The position numbers and the translations under genes were made by a program. Below, piece by piece: positions 26,090 to 39,999 of a stretch of 64,000 nt of DNA. Origin of the DNA: Mytilus trossulus (lineage: Eukaryota); contig NC_086374.1 in assembly GCF_036588685.1 (NCBI RefSeq), positions 85,808,001 to 85,872,000 of the forward strand. Direction: 5' to 3'. The notes under the pieces are model-generated. The model was not told the DNA's origin. It saw only the letters and a list, made by a program, of their open reading frames with translations, and made no database searches. Positions within the stretch are counted from its first letter, which is position 1. Each line of letters opens with the position of its first letter.

Positions 26090-27996
26090 CTGAAAACAAA
26101 AGCATATTGAGCATTTAGCATTATATATTAACAATATGGATACACAAGATTTTAAGTTTTAACTTTTTATTCTTTTACTGCAAAATCATGAGTTTTCTTT
26201 GCATAAGCAATCAAAAACTTGAATATATATCCTAAAATTAAGATAGGTGAGACTGACTGACTGTGTGGTTGTTGATGTGATATTGTCCAAGAAGAACTGA
26301 CACAAAAAAGGGCATAACCTATATAAAGATAACAGACTGCTTATGTCATGTTTTTTGGTTAGATATAGGAAGATGTGGTGTTAGAGCCAATGAAACAACT
26401 CTCCATCCAGACAACAATAATGAATTTATAAAAGTAAACCTTGGGTTGTTGCATGGATTAATAAAATAAATGTTCTGTTTTTTCTTATTTTAGTTCATTT
26501 TTATGTTTTATGTTTGGAGTTTACTTTGAAGTCCATCCATACACTGAATTATTAAACATTTTATTTAGGGGCCAACTGAAGCACTAATGTTGGAGCGGGA
26601 TTCTCTCGCTGTGATGAAAACCCATTGGTGGCCTTTAGCTGTTTTCTGCCTTTTGATGCATTCCCTATTTCCACTCTCAATTCTATACAGTACAATGACA
26701 GAAAAGGGACATAACCTACCAATAATTTTCTAAAAAAAAAGATCAAAACACATTATTCACAGTTTAATTATACAATATCAATTTTTCTAATTGATATCTT
26801 TCAACAACAAAAATTTGAAACCCCCTGTTTTCATGTATTACAGGTACTGCTGTCCTCATACAAGTAGCCAGTTAATTCTGTATGCAAACAAGGAATAGCT
26901 AAATCTATACTTGTATTTAACACAGCTTTACGCCTACAACAACAATATTTATATTTCACTTCATTCATCTTAAAAAAAATTCAAGGGCATACTTAAAATC
27001 TCATGTTACATACAGTGATATTTGGTAGATAAAACTTATTGTATATATGGTAAGAGTCAGATCGAATACATGTAACAAATGGACGGGGAAATAAAATAGT
27101 AATAAAATGAACTAAGGAAGTCCAATTGACATTTATCAACAGAATAAAACTACTATGCTCAAACCTTTACATGATATTTGGTTTTTTAAAGATTTTAAAG
27201 ATCAATGCTGTTTAGATTTACAACGATAAATTTCAAATTAACTGTGTGCAACAGATGCATAATAAAGTTAGTAAGAAAGTTCAGATATGTCAAACAAATT
27301 TATTATTTCCCCCTTAACAGGTTTACGTTTGTTCGTCACATGACGTATGTGATGCACTTTTCTTAGAAGAAAGTACTCAGACCTTTCTGAATGTTGGTAT
27401 CAAGCTTCTAGTAAGCTAGCTTCACTCTATGATGGGTTTGTTAACTCATCAACTTCCTGTTGACGGAATACTTATATATTCTTACACAAAATGTCACCAC
27501 AACATTAACTTTAAAAGCATAAATTTTCTGAAATTGTTAAAAATGCAAAAAGATATAGGAAGATGTGGTGTGAGTGCCAATGAGACAACGCTCCATCCAA
27601 ATGACAATTTAAATAAAAGTAAACCATTATAGGTCAATGTACAGCCTTCAACACGGAGCCTTGGCTCACACCGAACAACAAGCTATAAAAGCACATTACA
27701 AATGATTTTGTATTGGGTTGTTGCACCACTGTCCAATGTTAGGGGTTAGTTGTCATGTAGTTCAGTGGTTGCTGTTTGTTGCATTATATCATATTTGGTT
27801 TTTTTTGCTTGTATATAAATCAATTCATTAGTCTTCTTGTTAGTCATGTTAGTATTGTTTTACATTTGTAATTTCTCTGCTTTCATTATAGCTTTCTATG
27901 CAGTATATGTGTTGCTTATTGTTGAAGGCCCTAAGTTGACCTATATTTGCTTACCTTCTAAGTCGTTGGGTCTCTGATAGTCCAATAATATTAGAC

Positions 27997-28072
27997 GCTG
28001 CAGGTTCATATCATTTACATTCAACGCATATCCGATAAAAAACGTTGAATGTAAATGATATGAACCTGCAGC
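27997..28072. repeat. Perfect 30-bp-arm inverted repeat with a 16-nt loop
   Basis: GCTGCAGGTTCATATCATTTACATTCAACG / CGTTGAATGTAAATGATATGAACCTGCAGC. Confidence 0.95.
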
Positions 28073-29384
28073 TCAGATATATTTTTTTTCTCTGAGTGAG
28101 AGTTGTCTCATAGGCAGTCATGCCACATCTTCTTATTTTAAAAAATACTGAATGGAAATGAATAAATACTTTCTTTCACAATCTACGACTAATTTGGTTG
28201 ATTTACATCAATCACCCTCTTATAACAGCTTTGTCCCACGGACATTTCCTATTTCATATAAATTCATTAAATTACAAGTGGTTGTTAAAACCATTAAGAT
28301 AGTCTCTTGGATACTTATAAAGTTATTACATGTATTAGGGGGATCTTAACCTTATAAATATTTAACAAAGAAATTTGATTTTACCCTGATTAATTCAATT
28401 TTTATTTGAAAACTGTTTTTATTTTTTATTTTTTACAAGCAATGGGGTTTTTACAAGCGTCAAAGTGTGCTGGAGTTTTCTCATAGTCTTATAGTAACTA
28501 AGTCATCTATTATTATGGTTATGAAATCAAAAGACAATATTTTTCTGTGGTATTTTTTGGCGCATGGAACATTGTTTATTTATAGGTTATTGAAAACATA
28601 TATCTTTGAGTTGAATCCTGTATTCCCTAAAAAAATATAAAGCATTCTTTCCAAGGTAATCATTAATTGCAGAGTCCTTACATTAAATATGTGTAAGATC
28701 TGAATTCAAGCAAAAATAATGGACTAATGATCAAGAGGTCTAAAAAAAAAAGGTCATGTTGACCCTAAAATAAGAATGAGATATGAATAAACCCTGCTTT
28801 GAACATGTTGAATTGAATTTGACAGACAACCTGATCAAACTTTAAAAATGCTTTCTGAAAACATTCTTCAGGAAAACACATCACTATTTCATCTCTGAGG
28901 TTAAGCCTACAAGATTATGTCATAATCCATTAATGATGTATGTTCACTAAAGAAGCAGCAAATATTGAAGACTTTTGTTTGAATGGGGATCCACATTCTC
29001 CTGAGCGTTAGATAAGCACACTACAATAAGACCATCAAGGTGTTTTCATTATTGTCCGGTAACTGTACTTCTGGTGCTCAGCAATACATCTCCTCATGTA
29101 TATTAGCAAAGCAAAATGTTTTAGTGACTGTTGTCAGTCTGCTTTTTTGTAATAGTTTGGATCATTATATATACATATATATATATAGGTTTGAACGTAG
29201 TTTTCAATTTAGACTCGTTTATATTTTTTTGTTTGGGCTAGTATCATATTTTCCCTCCGGTTTATATGATCTGTTCATCCAATATTGACTCTTAAAATTC
29301 AAGAGTCTATCTAAAAATGAGGATACTTTTTCTAAAAATGGGGGTACTTTTTATATGGCCTTCCAAATACCGTTTCAATCCCTA

Positions 29385-29428
29385 ACATCACTGAAGAGAC
29401 ATTTATTGTTGAAATCCGGATCTGGTGT
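29385..29428 (+). ncRNA. Minimal type I hammerhead ribozyme motif (Penelope/retrozyme type)
   Basis: Stem I ACAUCA/UGGUGU, core CUGAAGA, stem II GACA-UUUAU-UGUU, GAAA, palindromic stem III UCCGGA, AUC cleavage triplet. Confidence 0.75.
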
Positions 29429-30832
29429 ACTAAAAAAATATTGACACCCTAGGCCTATAATTGTGGCATAACATCATGGCCACAAGTTAAAAAAAAATTC
29501 TGTTTAGTATTAAATTTTTATTAAGATCCATTTTGATACATCTTGTGATCAATTTTATTTGGCAATCCCCAATGGCAGTCAGTAGGGTTAAAGAACATCA
29601 GTTGTTCGACCTGTTAGTCAAATGGGTTTTGTTTAAATATACTTTTTCACTTTTTGGTCTTTTGGAAAATGTTGTTTGTGCTGTATTTAGACCCTTCTAC
29701 AACGAAATTTGTTTTACATGCACACGTATAAAAATTGCGTTTTTTATCTAACACAATCATAGGTTTGGACATAGTTTTCAATTTAGACTCCCATATATAT
29801 ATAATATATATATCATACAATGTATATCTGGTTCAAAGTATTTATATGTATAAGAAGTATCTTGTTCATTTCTCATTGCTTTATTTTGGCCTTTTTGTAT
29901 CTCTCCTCCAGCTCATAACAAAATTTAAGTAAAAATACTAACGTGTTAAAATCTAATTTATGTTTTCTCCTTATTTAAAAAAGACCATGTTTAATGATTG
30001 CCAATGAGAAAGGCATTCAACAGAAACCAAATGACGTAGATTCACCTCTTTTGATTCATTTTTTGAATTTTTCAACTGCCCACCTGTGAAATCTAAACTT
30101 TTACATGTTTAAAATTTGATATTCAGTTATACAAAAACAGGGTATTTGACTTGTCATACATTTAAAATGATTAAAATTGTATAGTTGTCATAATGTTATA
30201 CATATAAATATCACTCCTCTAAAGCAAACATTATCTCTACATTTTTACATATTTTTAGTAAAACACCCCAAAGGTAGTTTTGTCAGTCACAGATGTCAAT
30301 GATAGAATTAATCAATACTGTTACCATGGAAACCAATATATCTGGAAATAATGGATGTCTTTTTCTTATTTTTAGTAGTTAATTATCAAATTTGGATAAT
30401 GAAATTCATTGGATTAGTTATATTTAGTTGAGATGAGATGTCAATATGGAGAATGATTTTTGTGATGTTACTCTGACAAGCTGTGAATTGTGTCGCCACT
30501 GATACAAGCTTACATTGTATTAGATAAGGCCATATTATAAAGCATTGTTAACCAAATAATCAACCTAAATATAGCAAATCAAATACTATTTGTGTGTAAT
30601 GTAGCTAGCTTGGGAGAATGACCTGGCTACATCTTTAGAGCAATCAAATTCTACTACATGTACATATCATTTAATCAGTCAACTCAATAAGTACTGCTAA
30701 AACATTTCGTTATTTCAGACAATTTAAATTGTTTGATTCCCTGGACATGTTTCTGATTTTTTTCATTGTTCCTCTCAAACTATTTGTCTGCTATTATTGG
30801 TGTCTTTACTGTCACATTCGTTATTCATTGAA

Positions 30833-31031
30833 GAGGGGGGATAGGAGGGGTCCTGATCCCGAAATCTCGTACTTAAAAACCAAAATCCTGAAATCCCCAG
30901 CTTAAAATTAGAAATCCTGAGGTCCCGAAATCCGAAAAAAAGAATTCCCAGATCCTGAAAGAGTCAATCCCAAAATCCCGAGCTTAAAAACACCTGATCC
31001 CGGAGTCCCAATAAAGGTCCTAACCCCCCTC
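30833..31031 (+). mobile_element. MITE with GAG...CTC termini and 6-bp TSD ATTGAA
   Basis: GAGGGGGGATAGGA ... TCCTAACCCCCCTC with ATTGAA on both flanks; truncated copy near 16011-16090. Confidence 0.8.
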
Positions 31032-31550
31032 ATTGAAGTGTGTGTTTTATTTTAAGAGGGTGAGGAAGAATTTTCTTTTTTTTAGGCATGACATCTTCAT
31101 TTATTGTAAATTTGTGCTATCATTATAACAAACCTTAAAATTAATGTTCACCATGCAATTTGACCAAAATTATCATTTTTTCATATAGAAGAGAATGGAA
31201 ATTTGGAATATGTCAGAGACAAAACCTGACCAAAGACTAGAAAACAGTTCTAGGCAACCATTGTATTATGGTCCGCAATGCAGAGAGAAAATCTCACACC
31301 TAGAAGCATGCTTCAGCTCATACAAAACAAAACATACATAAACTGTATGATTGTTGACACAGGGAAATATCTTGGCCTTTTTGTAATTTTGGAAGTACAC
31401 ATGTATAATGCAAATATTGAATCAAAATAGCAATACTAAAACATGTTAACTATGCAAAAGTTGTGAAAACATTCAAAGTCAATAAATCATGACTTAATGT
31501 GCAGAACCAAATAACATCCATGGAAATGAGAAATGCCAATGCTTGTATAA

Positions 31551-31793
31551 GGCCAAATAAAAAAGTATGTGTGGTTCCAGTTTATACAACTGAAAAAAAG
31601 TTAAGGTAGGTTATTAGGTAGGGATTTTTTTTTATTTGAAGTTTTTTTTTACATCGAGTCTATGGGAGCAACATTCTGACTTTAACAGTGCTTAATGAAA
31701 AATGACAATAAAATCTTTAGGGTAGGCTATTTTTAAGACGAAAAAGTAGGGAAGGTAGGGTAACTGGAACCACACATATATTTTTTTTTGGCC
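31551..31793. mobile_element. MITE with GGCC termini and TAA TSD (PIF/Harbinger- or Zator-like), nested in an older repeat
   Basis: TAA-GGCCAAATAAAAAAGTATGTGTGGTTCCAGTT ... AACTGGAACCACACATATATTTTTTTTTGGCC-TAA; the host repeat (about 31400-32130) recurs at about 37880-38400. Confidence 0.8.
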
Positions 31794-32793
31794 TAACTGC
31801 ATACAAAAAGCCCTAATTGACAAATATGCATGGAAAAGGGACATGCAGATTCTAAAACAAATGTATACTAAATATTATTGACTTAACATAAGTGGTTCAG
31901 CCCATTCTTCTTAAAATGATCTAATCACTTACTTAAACTTTGCAAAACATTTAAAGTCAATAGACCATGACTGAGGGGGTGGGGCTAATAATCTCCATGG
32001 AAATAAGATGCGCCAATGCTAATACAACTGCTTACCAAATATTGTTGTCGCAAGTGGTTCCCCATAAACTGACCTAATCACAAACTGATACATGTCCATG
32101 TAAAACAGGCAAAAGTTTTAAAGTCAAGCAACCCTTTTTTGTGCCTTTTACAACTTGCTCTGTTGGTGAAACAAAAAAGTGTTTTAGTTGTTTTTACGTG
32201 GAATGCCCAACTAATGCCCTTTAAAATTCAAGTTTTACTTCAGAAACATTGTTCAAATATAAAATCTAAAAATATACCACTGACAAAACTTGATATGTTG
32301 AAGGATTCATAAATTTCAACTGAATTTTTTTAACTTCAAAATATATAACTCTAGGTTAAGCTTGTAAATAAAAAAAAGAACAATCACACGGTTTTCTCTG
32401 AAAGTAATTTGATTATGCATACCATTTTATACCAATATGTCTTATATGAAATTGGAGACCCTTCATTTATCAAACTTATAAATAACACATAGTCAAATTG
32501 CTGAAAGTCACCACCCTCCCAAATTATTGAAAACTATTATTCTGCATTGATAATAATTAGATATACCCAACCAGGCTAACATCTTAGAAGTGCATTTAAC
32601 ACATGTATATACAATGTATACCCAAAACATAATGGGTAATATCACATGTTACAACATAATTGTTTCAAATTCCCTGTTTTCATTTCTATTTATAATATTT
32701 AAAAGCCATCTATGATAAAATTTGAAACTGACCTTCAATCAAATATAATGTGCTATTTAAAACTGTGTGATATTTGAATTTGTGTGCATAAAT

Positions 32794-32998
32794 GAGGGGT
32801 GATAGGACCTTTATCGGGACTCCTGGATCATGGGGTGTTTTAAAGCTTGGGATTTCGGGATTGACCCTTTCAGGTTCCAGAAAGTCCTTTTTTCAAAATT
32901 TCTGTACCTCAGAACTTCGTGTTTTTCAATCCGGTATTTCAGGATTTCGTGTATTTAAGCCCTGAATTTCGGGATCAGGACCCCTCCTACCCCCTCTC
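32794..32998 (-). mobile_element. Second copy of the GAG...CTC MITE, 6-bp TSD ATAAAT
   Basis: Inverted homolog of 30833-31031 with ATAAAT on both flanks. Confidence 0.8.
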
Positions 32999-33179
32999 AT
33001 AAATAGTTGAAGAAAACCCAGTCCTAAACTGTTCAGGAGAGCTATATGTTGTATCTTCAATAGATTGATTGTTTGATTGGCTGCTTAACCCACAGCAGCA
33101 ATTATAACATGCATATTAATCAGAACATGAAGTCTGCTTTATTTTAGACAAACACATTGAGACAATATCTTGCACTCTA

Positions 33180-34190
33180 GATGACACACTGTCAACATGA
33201 CACAGACTGTCTAAGATAAAATGTCTATATGTTCATGTCATACTGCCAACATGACACAGATTACTCATTAACAACATGGAACATTCCACATGACACACAT
33301 CGACTACATGACACAAACTGCCAATATGAGAGCAAGTCTACATGACACAGACTGTCATTATGATAGCATATCTCAAGACTCAGATTGTCAATGTAACACA
33401 TAGTCTATGGAACATATTGTCTACATGACAAAGATTGTCTAAATGACACATACTATCTACATAGCATAGTCTATGTGACACAGATTGTTAACATGACACA
33501 GTAGTGTCTACATGACAAAGGTTGTCTAAATTACACATACTGTCTACATGACATATACTATCTACATGACATATACTGTCTACATGGCACAGTCTGTGTG
33601 ACACAGATTGCTAACATGACAAAGATTGTCTACATGACACAGATTGTCTACATGGCACAGATTGTCTACATGACATATACTGTCTACATGGCACAGTCTA
33701 TGTGACAGATTGTTAACATGACACAGTAGTGTCTACATGACAAAGGTTGTCTAAATGACACATACTGTCTACATGACATATACTATCTACATGACATATA
33801 CTGTCTACATGGCACAGTCTGTGTTACACAGATTGTTAACATGACAAAGATTGTCTACATGACAAAGATTGTCTATATGACACAGATTGTCTACATGACA
33901 CATACTATCTTCATGGCATAGTCTGTGTGACACAAATTGTTAACATGACACAGTAGTGTTTACATGACAAAGGTTGTCTACATGACATATACTGTTTACA
34001 TGGCACAGTCTGTGTGACACAGATTGTTAACATGACACAGATTGTCTACATGACACAGATTGTCTTCATGGCACATACTATCTACATGGCATAGTCTGTG
34101 TGACACAGATTGTTAACATAACACAGAAGTGTCTACATGGCACAGCTGTCTTCATTACATAAGATTCCTATATGACACAAACTGTCAATG
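33180..34190. repeat. Degenerate ~18-bp minisatellite (GATTGTCTACATGACACA) with higher-order blocks
   Basis: Recurrent TGTCTACATG(A/G)CA; core more homogeneous than edges. Confidence 0.9.
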
Positions 34191-36498
34191 AATCCTCCGT
34201 AAAATTGCAACTTGCTTCATAATGTTTACAAGGTTAAACAGGTTTTTTTAACAAATAAGTCAGGAGCAGGTCTGGCATGTTCATTTATGTCTATTGCAAG
34301 GTAAGGTAGAATAGTAGAAGCACTTGAGAAGAGCCATTACAATATATGGATCATAAAATCTTTAAATATTTTGAAAATTGTATAGGTTATGAATATATAG
34401 GATGATATTGTCCTGGTTAGTCACTCCAGCATGTCCAGTGCAAAAAGTTATTTGTGACATCAATTTAACACCTTCCCTCCTATTTTATTTTTAAACAGTA
34501 AATGCAATAGTACACAGTTTTTGGTAAAATTCAAGTCTTAGCTAAAAAATTGATTGATTGAATGATTGATAGATGGTTCTTGCACTTTGGGCTATATCAT
34601 TGCAATCAGTTTAATTTCTATTCGCTCAAAAAGCTAGTCAGCAAAGAAAGAACCATTAAATCGTGGCAGAAAAACTACCAAGCCTAGTAAACTGGAGTCA
34701 GACTCAATATTGACCATAGAGGCGGATTTAGGGAAAACATTTGGTTGCTTTATATATAGGGAATCACTTAAGCGTGACTGGAGCCCCCTCTTAGGTCAGT
34801 CAGTGGGCCCCCACTTATGAAAATTCCTTTATCCGCCACTGGATCATGTTGACAGGTAAGTGATACAATAAATAACTACTAATAGGACACTCAGTATTTG
34901 AGGCCCAAATGTACAAATTGATAATTGAAATGGTGAATGTGTCAATTTAGAGACAACAATTACTTCCAAAGAGCAGACAACAGGCCAAGACCACCTATGG
35001 GTCATCAACACACAAGAAAATTAGGCCCTCTCAGGTAAATTTCAGCTGGCCCAGCAATAATGAATGCTAATTCAGCAAAAAATGAAGGAAAAAAACATTT
35101 TGAGTAAGGCTTTTTCACATTGCTCAAGGAGTCAAGGTACAAAAAAAAGACTAAAAGAAAGGTGTTTTGACAGTTGTATCATCCATGCAAAGAGCTCTTT
35201 TATAGGACCAATCAAGGTCCCATAGGTTTATTTTCATTATTTCCACATTTTATCCAAATCTGATTTTAATCTTACTGGTAAGTTCCCTACAGATTAGTTG
35301 TTATGCTATGGGATATTTTGAGATTTTATCTTAACCATGTAATAGGGAGGGGGGAGAAATTAACCCTCCCGAAACATTTAGCACTATGCAGTTTGCAAGA
35401 CTTATTGTCATATTGGACACAGACAAATGTCTGGATCTGAATCTGAATAATATTTATATCATCATGTATTTAACCTTCTTTATTGTTTTTTGACATATGA
35501 AATCAAAGTTTGATCAAGTTTATTACTTATGTCCACATGAAAAATAGAAAACCCACTAGATCGTTGCAAAAACTTTACATAAAATTATATTCTTAAGTAG
35601 AAAAAATTATCAATTGAAAACTTGAAAAAAATCCCTATTTTAAATCAAAAATAAATTTTTATAGGTTACTTACCTGCATGTACATTTTGTACTTTAATTC
35701 CACATTCATGTGTTATAAATTGTTATTAGTCTACACTTGTATGTTTATATGTACGTACATCTCAACGTGTGTAAACATTTGGCCATCAGTCCATCCAATA
35801 GCCTATGGCTATAACAGTTAAATTGTAAAACTTAAATGAGGGTTAATAAAATGTTACATAACATATTCAATTTTAGATAACCTGATCAGGTATAAAATTC
35901 AATTTTTTTTTCCTGTTATTTTAGATATATACCACTGGCTTTTATTGCATACAATGGCTACTAGAACAATATTAAAATAAAATATTTTAAAATTTAAAAA
36001 ATGTTAAATCTGGTAAATCTATAAAGTCATCCTTTAGAAAGTTTCAAGGGTGGTACATGTATCATGATTAGTGGCAGATCCAGCCATTTTAAAAAGGGGG
36101 GTTCCCAACCCAGAGTAAAGGGGGGGGTTCCAACTATATGCTCCCATTTTAATGCATTGATCATCAAACCCCTGGAACAACACCCCCCCCCTGGATCCGC
36201 CATTAATGATTTGGTTGACCATTGTGAAGTTCCTGTATCACAGATGACCCCAGATATGATTTAGAAATAGAAATTTTATTATTAATTAATTTAATGGTCA
36301 GTTTTTCTGGCAAGTCAGTATATATTAATCATGACTGAGTTAGTTTTAGTCAACAGTTAATTTTAGTCATGTTTAATTTGTACTATATCTAGCTGTTTTA
36401 ATTTCTAAGTCTCTTCATTTTCTATCGGCTACATAAATGTCAAAATGTAAATAAATTTTATTGTACTAACTACTACAGGACTTTCTTAAGCAAGGCTG

Positions 36499-36756
36499 CA
36501 TAACTGTCAACTTTTCAAAATGACCATGAGGGTTTTGCGTGCAAGATGGCTGTGATAGTCCTAAAAAAACCTTCAAGGGGGCCTTCAAATACATTTTAAT
36601 GTTGTTTTTTTTATTCTTCATACTCTAATAAGACTAATGTCATTGTAAAATTAATTGTTTTGTTTAAAATTGTTGACAAAATTGCTCTTTCAAAATTTCA
36701 ATTTGGAAGCCTCCATGGGAGAAACCCCCCGCAAATAGTGACAGTTGGCAGGTATG
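36499..36756. mobile_element. MITE with CATA...TATG termini and 6-bp TSD AGGCTG
   Basis: AGGCTG-CATAACTGTCAACT ... AGTTGGCAGGTATG-AGGCTG. Confidence 0.7.
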
Positions 36757-38502
36757 AGGCTGAATCTTTACAAATGAATAGAAGTTTTATTTGTTTGGAA
36801 GAATACTGTTTTAAATTCTGCTTCAGGCTAAGCAGTGCAGAGCAACAGTAAGAAGTAAAACATAGAAAACTATGTCAAGGAAGTCAATATATAATTCCAA
36901 ACCAATTATCACATTAGTGGAATATACCAAAGGAATGTCTGCTTTCATAAATTAGCCAAAGACAATCTGACAATGCCATGGCTAAAAAGGGAAAAGACAA
37001 GTAAAGTTTGATACAATTATAAATTCCGCAAAGTAGTTTCAGATTAGAAGAATTTTAAAAAGAAATCAAAAGATGACAAACATTCTAAGAACTATAGCAA
37101 CAGTTTTAAGACTAAGCTGGACAAAAACCAATGATTGATGCCAAGTGATGGCAAAACCTGCAATGGATCTTTTGGTCAAGGTGAGTTAATAAACACTACC
37201 TCAGCAGGCATGTCAAAATTTTAACAACAAAAATCAAAATCAATGAAATTACAAGAGTCACCCCTCACCTTAAATATCAATTATTAAATAATTACAATTT
37301 ATACATTTATGAGATAAATATACTTAAAATTAATGGATATGGATTCCATTGTAAAGTTGTGTTTTTATTTTCATTTAAAGGCTACCACGTGCACTGGTTC
37401 ATTTACCCTTAAATCATGATATTTTTATTAATTCTGAGTCTTATCATTATGTACATGTTCATTAAGAATTTAGAGGAAAAGGCTTAGAGGAAACGGAAAG
37501 ATTTAAATAGGTTTTAATTCATTCACGACTAAGAAAACATTTACTAGATTTATATGAAAAATTTAAACAACCATTTATTCAATGTACATAGTATCTTATT
37601 ACATGTAGATATATTTGTATGATTGTACAAACTAAAAAACATCATAAGTAAATGTAAATTTTGACAGGTAAAAGTTAAATAGTTTTGAAACTTAAGGTTT
37701 TTTTTCTTCAGGCCAATTCACAAATATAATAGCTCTGAAAAAATGAGAATAAAGTTTTTCTCTCTGACAAATGACAGTGTTAATAAACTGATGACACAGG
37801 TATATGTCTCACCCATTTGCTATTTTTTTTTTAGGGTGTAATGTAAAATTTGAAATTAAAAAAAGGGTATGATTCAACAACTTAACTCTACAAATCATTT
37901 AAAGTCAATGAACCATGACTGATGGGGTTGAAATTGAGAAATGCCATTCTAAATACAAAGTCTGCATACCAAAAACCTAAGCTCAAACTAAAATTTGCAA
38001 ACTCCGCAAAACAAACTTTAGGTTAATCATGCATGAGGGTGCCTATATTATATTATATCTCCACGAAAATAACTCTTCATAGATTCATGTGTAAGTATTA
38101 AAATTTTGCATGCCAAATGAGACCTGCATTTGCATACCAAATATCCTTGACTTACTCTTAATGGTTCATCTTATACATGTATTGTTATCACAAACTTTAA
38201 AATGAGAATGTTTCAAAAGTTTTAAAGTCAATAGACCTGAAGGCGCAGAGTCAAATGATGGTCATGGAAATGAGATGTATCAACACTTAACAACTGTACA
38301 AGAATATGCATACCAAATATCATTGAACTACCACTAGTGGTTCCACTTAAACTGACCTTACGACAAATCATAAATTGTTGACCTTCAGATGGCAGAAACG
38401 ACATACTTCAGTCTTAATCCTTACATCTTTTATAAGTAATGTAAAGCTTGGCCAGAATTTGTTATATTAGATGTAATTTATTTCAGTTGTATTGAAAAAT
38501 AT

Positions 38503-38673
38503 ATAGATTCCACAACTGCATCAAGTGTGTTACGATATATTCCACTCAAGACAGTTAAATTTTAATATTTAAAGCACAAGGCTTTGCCGAGCTTTTTAAA
38601 TAGTTAAAATTTAACTGACAAGAGTGGAGAAATACATGTATCATAAAACACAAGTTATAGTGGTGGAATCTGT
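38503..38673. repeat. Imperfect ~170-bp hairpin within a probable non-autonomous element
   Basis: AGATTCCAC..TCCACTC..CAGTTAAATTTTAA pairs with TTAAAATTTAACTG..GAGTGGA..GTGGAATCT. Confidence 0.6.
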
Positions 38674-39999
38674 TTCTCTAATGATTTGTATCCTCCTTTT
38701 TCAAAGATTTGGAGAAAGTTGTGTACTTTTTATGTGACGTCATCAGGCATGGTCGCCTTTTTTCATGACGTCACAATACATGCAATAGGAAAATTCAGAA
38801 GAAACAAAGAAAATTTAACTCACAATAAAATTTCAACCAATCATTTGCTGAGAACAAATTTTTCACTAGAGATAAGAAATACTTTTCTCACACCGGTCAG
38901 GAAATGTGAAAATAGTATGAAAATTAGAGAATGTATCTTATATCATTACATGTACATGTAGGTTATTTCTACTATCTTTTTACTTCTTTTTTCCATTCTT
39001 TGTTAATGTAAAATGTACAAAATTTATAGGTTATTTCCTATATGGTTACATGACATTTTATGATAACCATTACTAGTACCGGTATATATGATTAATTTAT
39101 ATAATTAGTAAAAAAAAAATTTATCTTTGCAATAATCTTAAATATCAAAATATTAAAAAAATAAAACTTTAGTTTACTATAGTCATGGTAATCGTCTATC
39201 AAAATTACACTGATTCAAATTTTCTCACTGTTACATGAACAAAAATGTATAAGATCAGAATATAGGGTTTGTTGAAAAAATAGCGCTTGAATTCAAACGG
39301 TTGTGCTAAAAATTTGAGGGTGGAAAAGTGTTTAAAGATTCCTGCTACAGTCATTTCAAGAAATTTAAATTGTGAGAAAATAAAGTGGAATACACATTGA
39401 CTCCATTACATGCTCCTTTGAACATGTATATATGTATACAACATATTTCAGTGATGCTTATCATCAAAACTATATATAGATCAGTATGATTATATCATGT
39501 ATGTCATTGTATGTTGTCAAGTTTTAATCAAATAAAAATCTTTTATGAGACTTTATTCATGTAAAGATTATAACCATCCTGTTAACTGTTTACTGAATAC
39601 ACAAGTCCCGACACAAGTACACATACATGACATATGTATACACATGTGCATCTACAAGGATGCAAGTACACATATTCAACAAGCCCCCTCTTCTCAGTTC
39701 TACTATAGACATCTTTCTAAAGAAAAAACATGGATTTTCAAAGTGCCATGACATAATAAATGAGAATGTTTACATAGAAAAATTCTTTCATAATCAAAAT
39801 GTTATTTCTTTTACCTCAGGCTCGGGAGCTGAGAATACTACACTATCCCAGCTGAGAATAAATAATAAACAAATATCTATTTACTGCACACACACAAAAA
39901 CCAATTTAAGAAACATACATATTTGTGTAAGCTGGAAGTAATTTTTGTAAAGTTTCTGTTAGTCAGTTTAATATTCGCCAGATGTTTCTTATTTATCCC

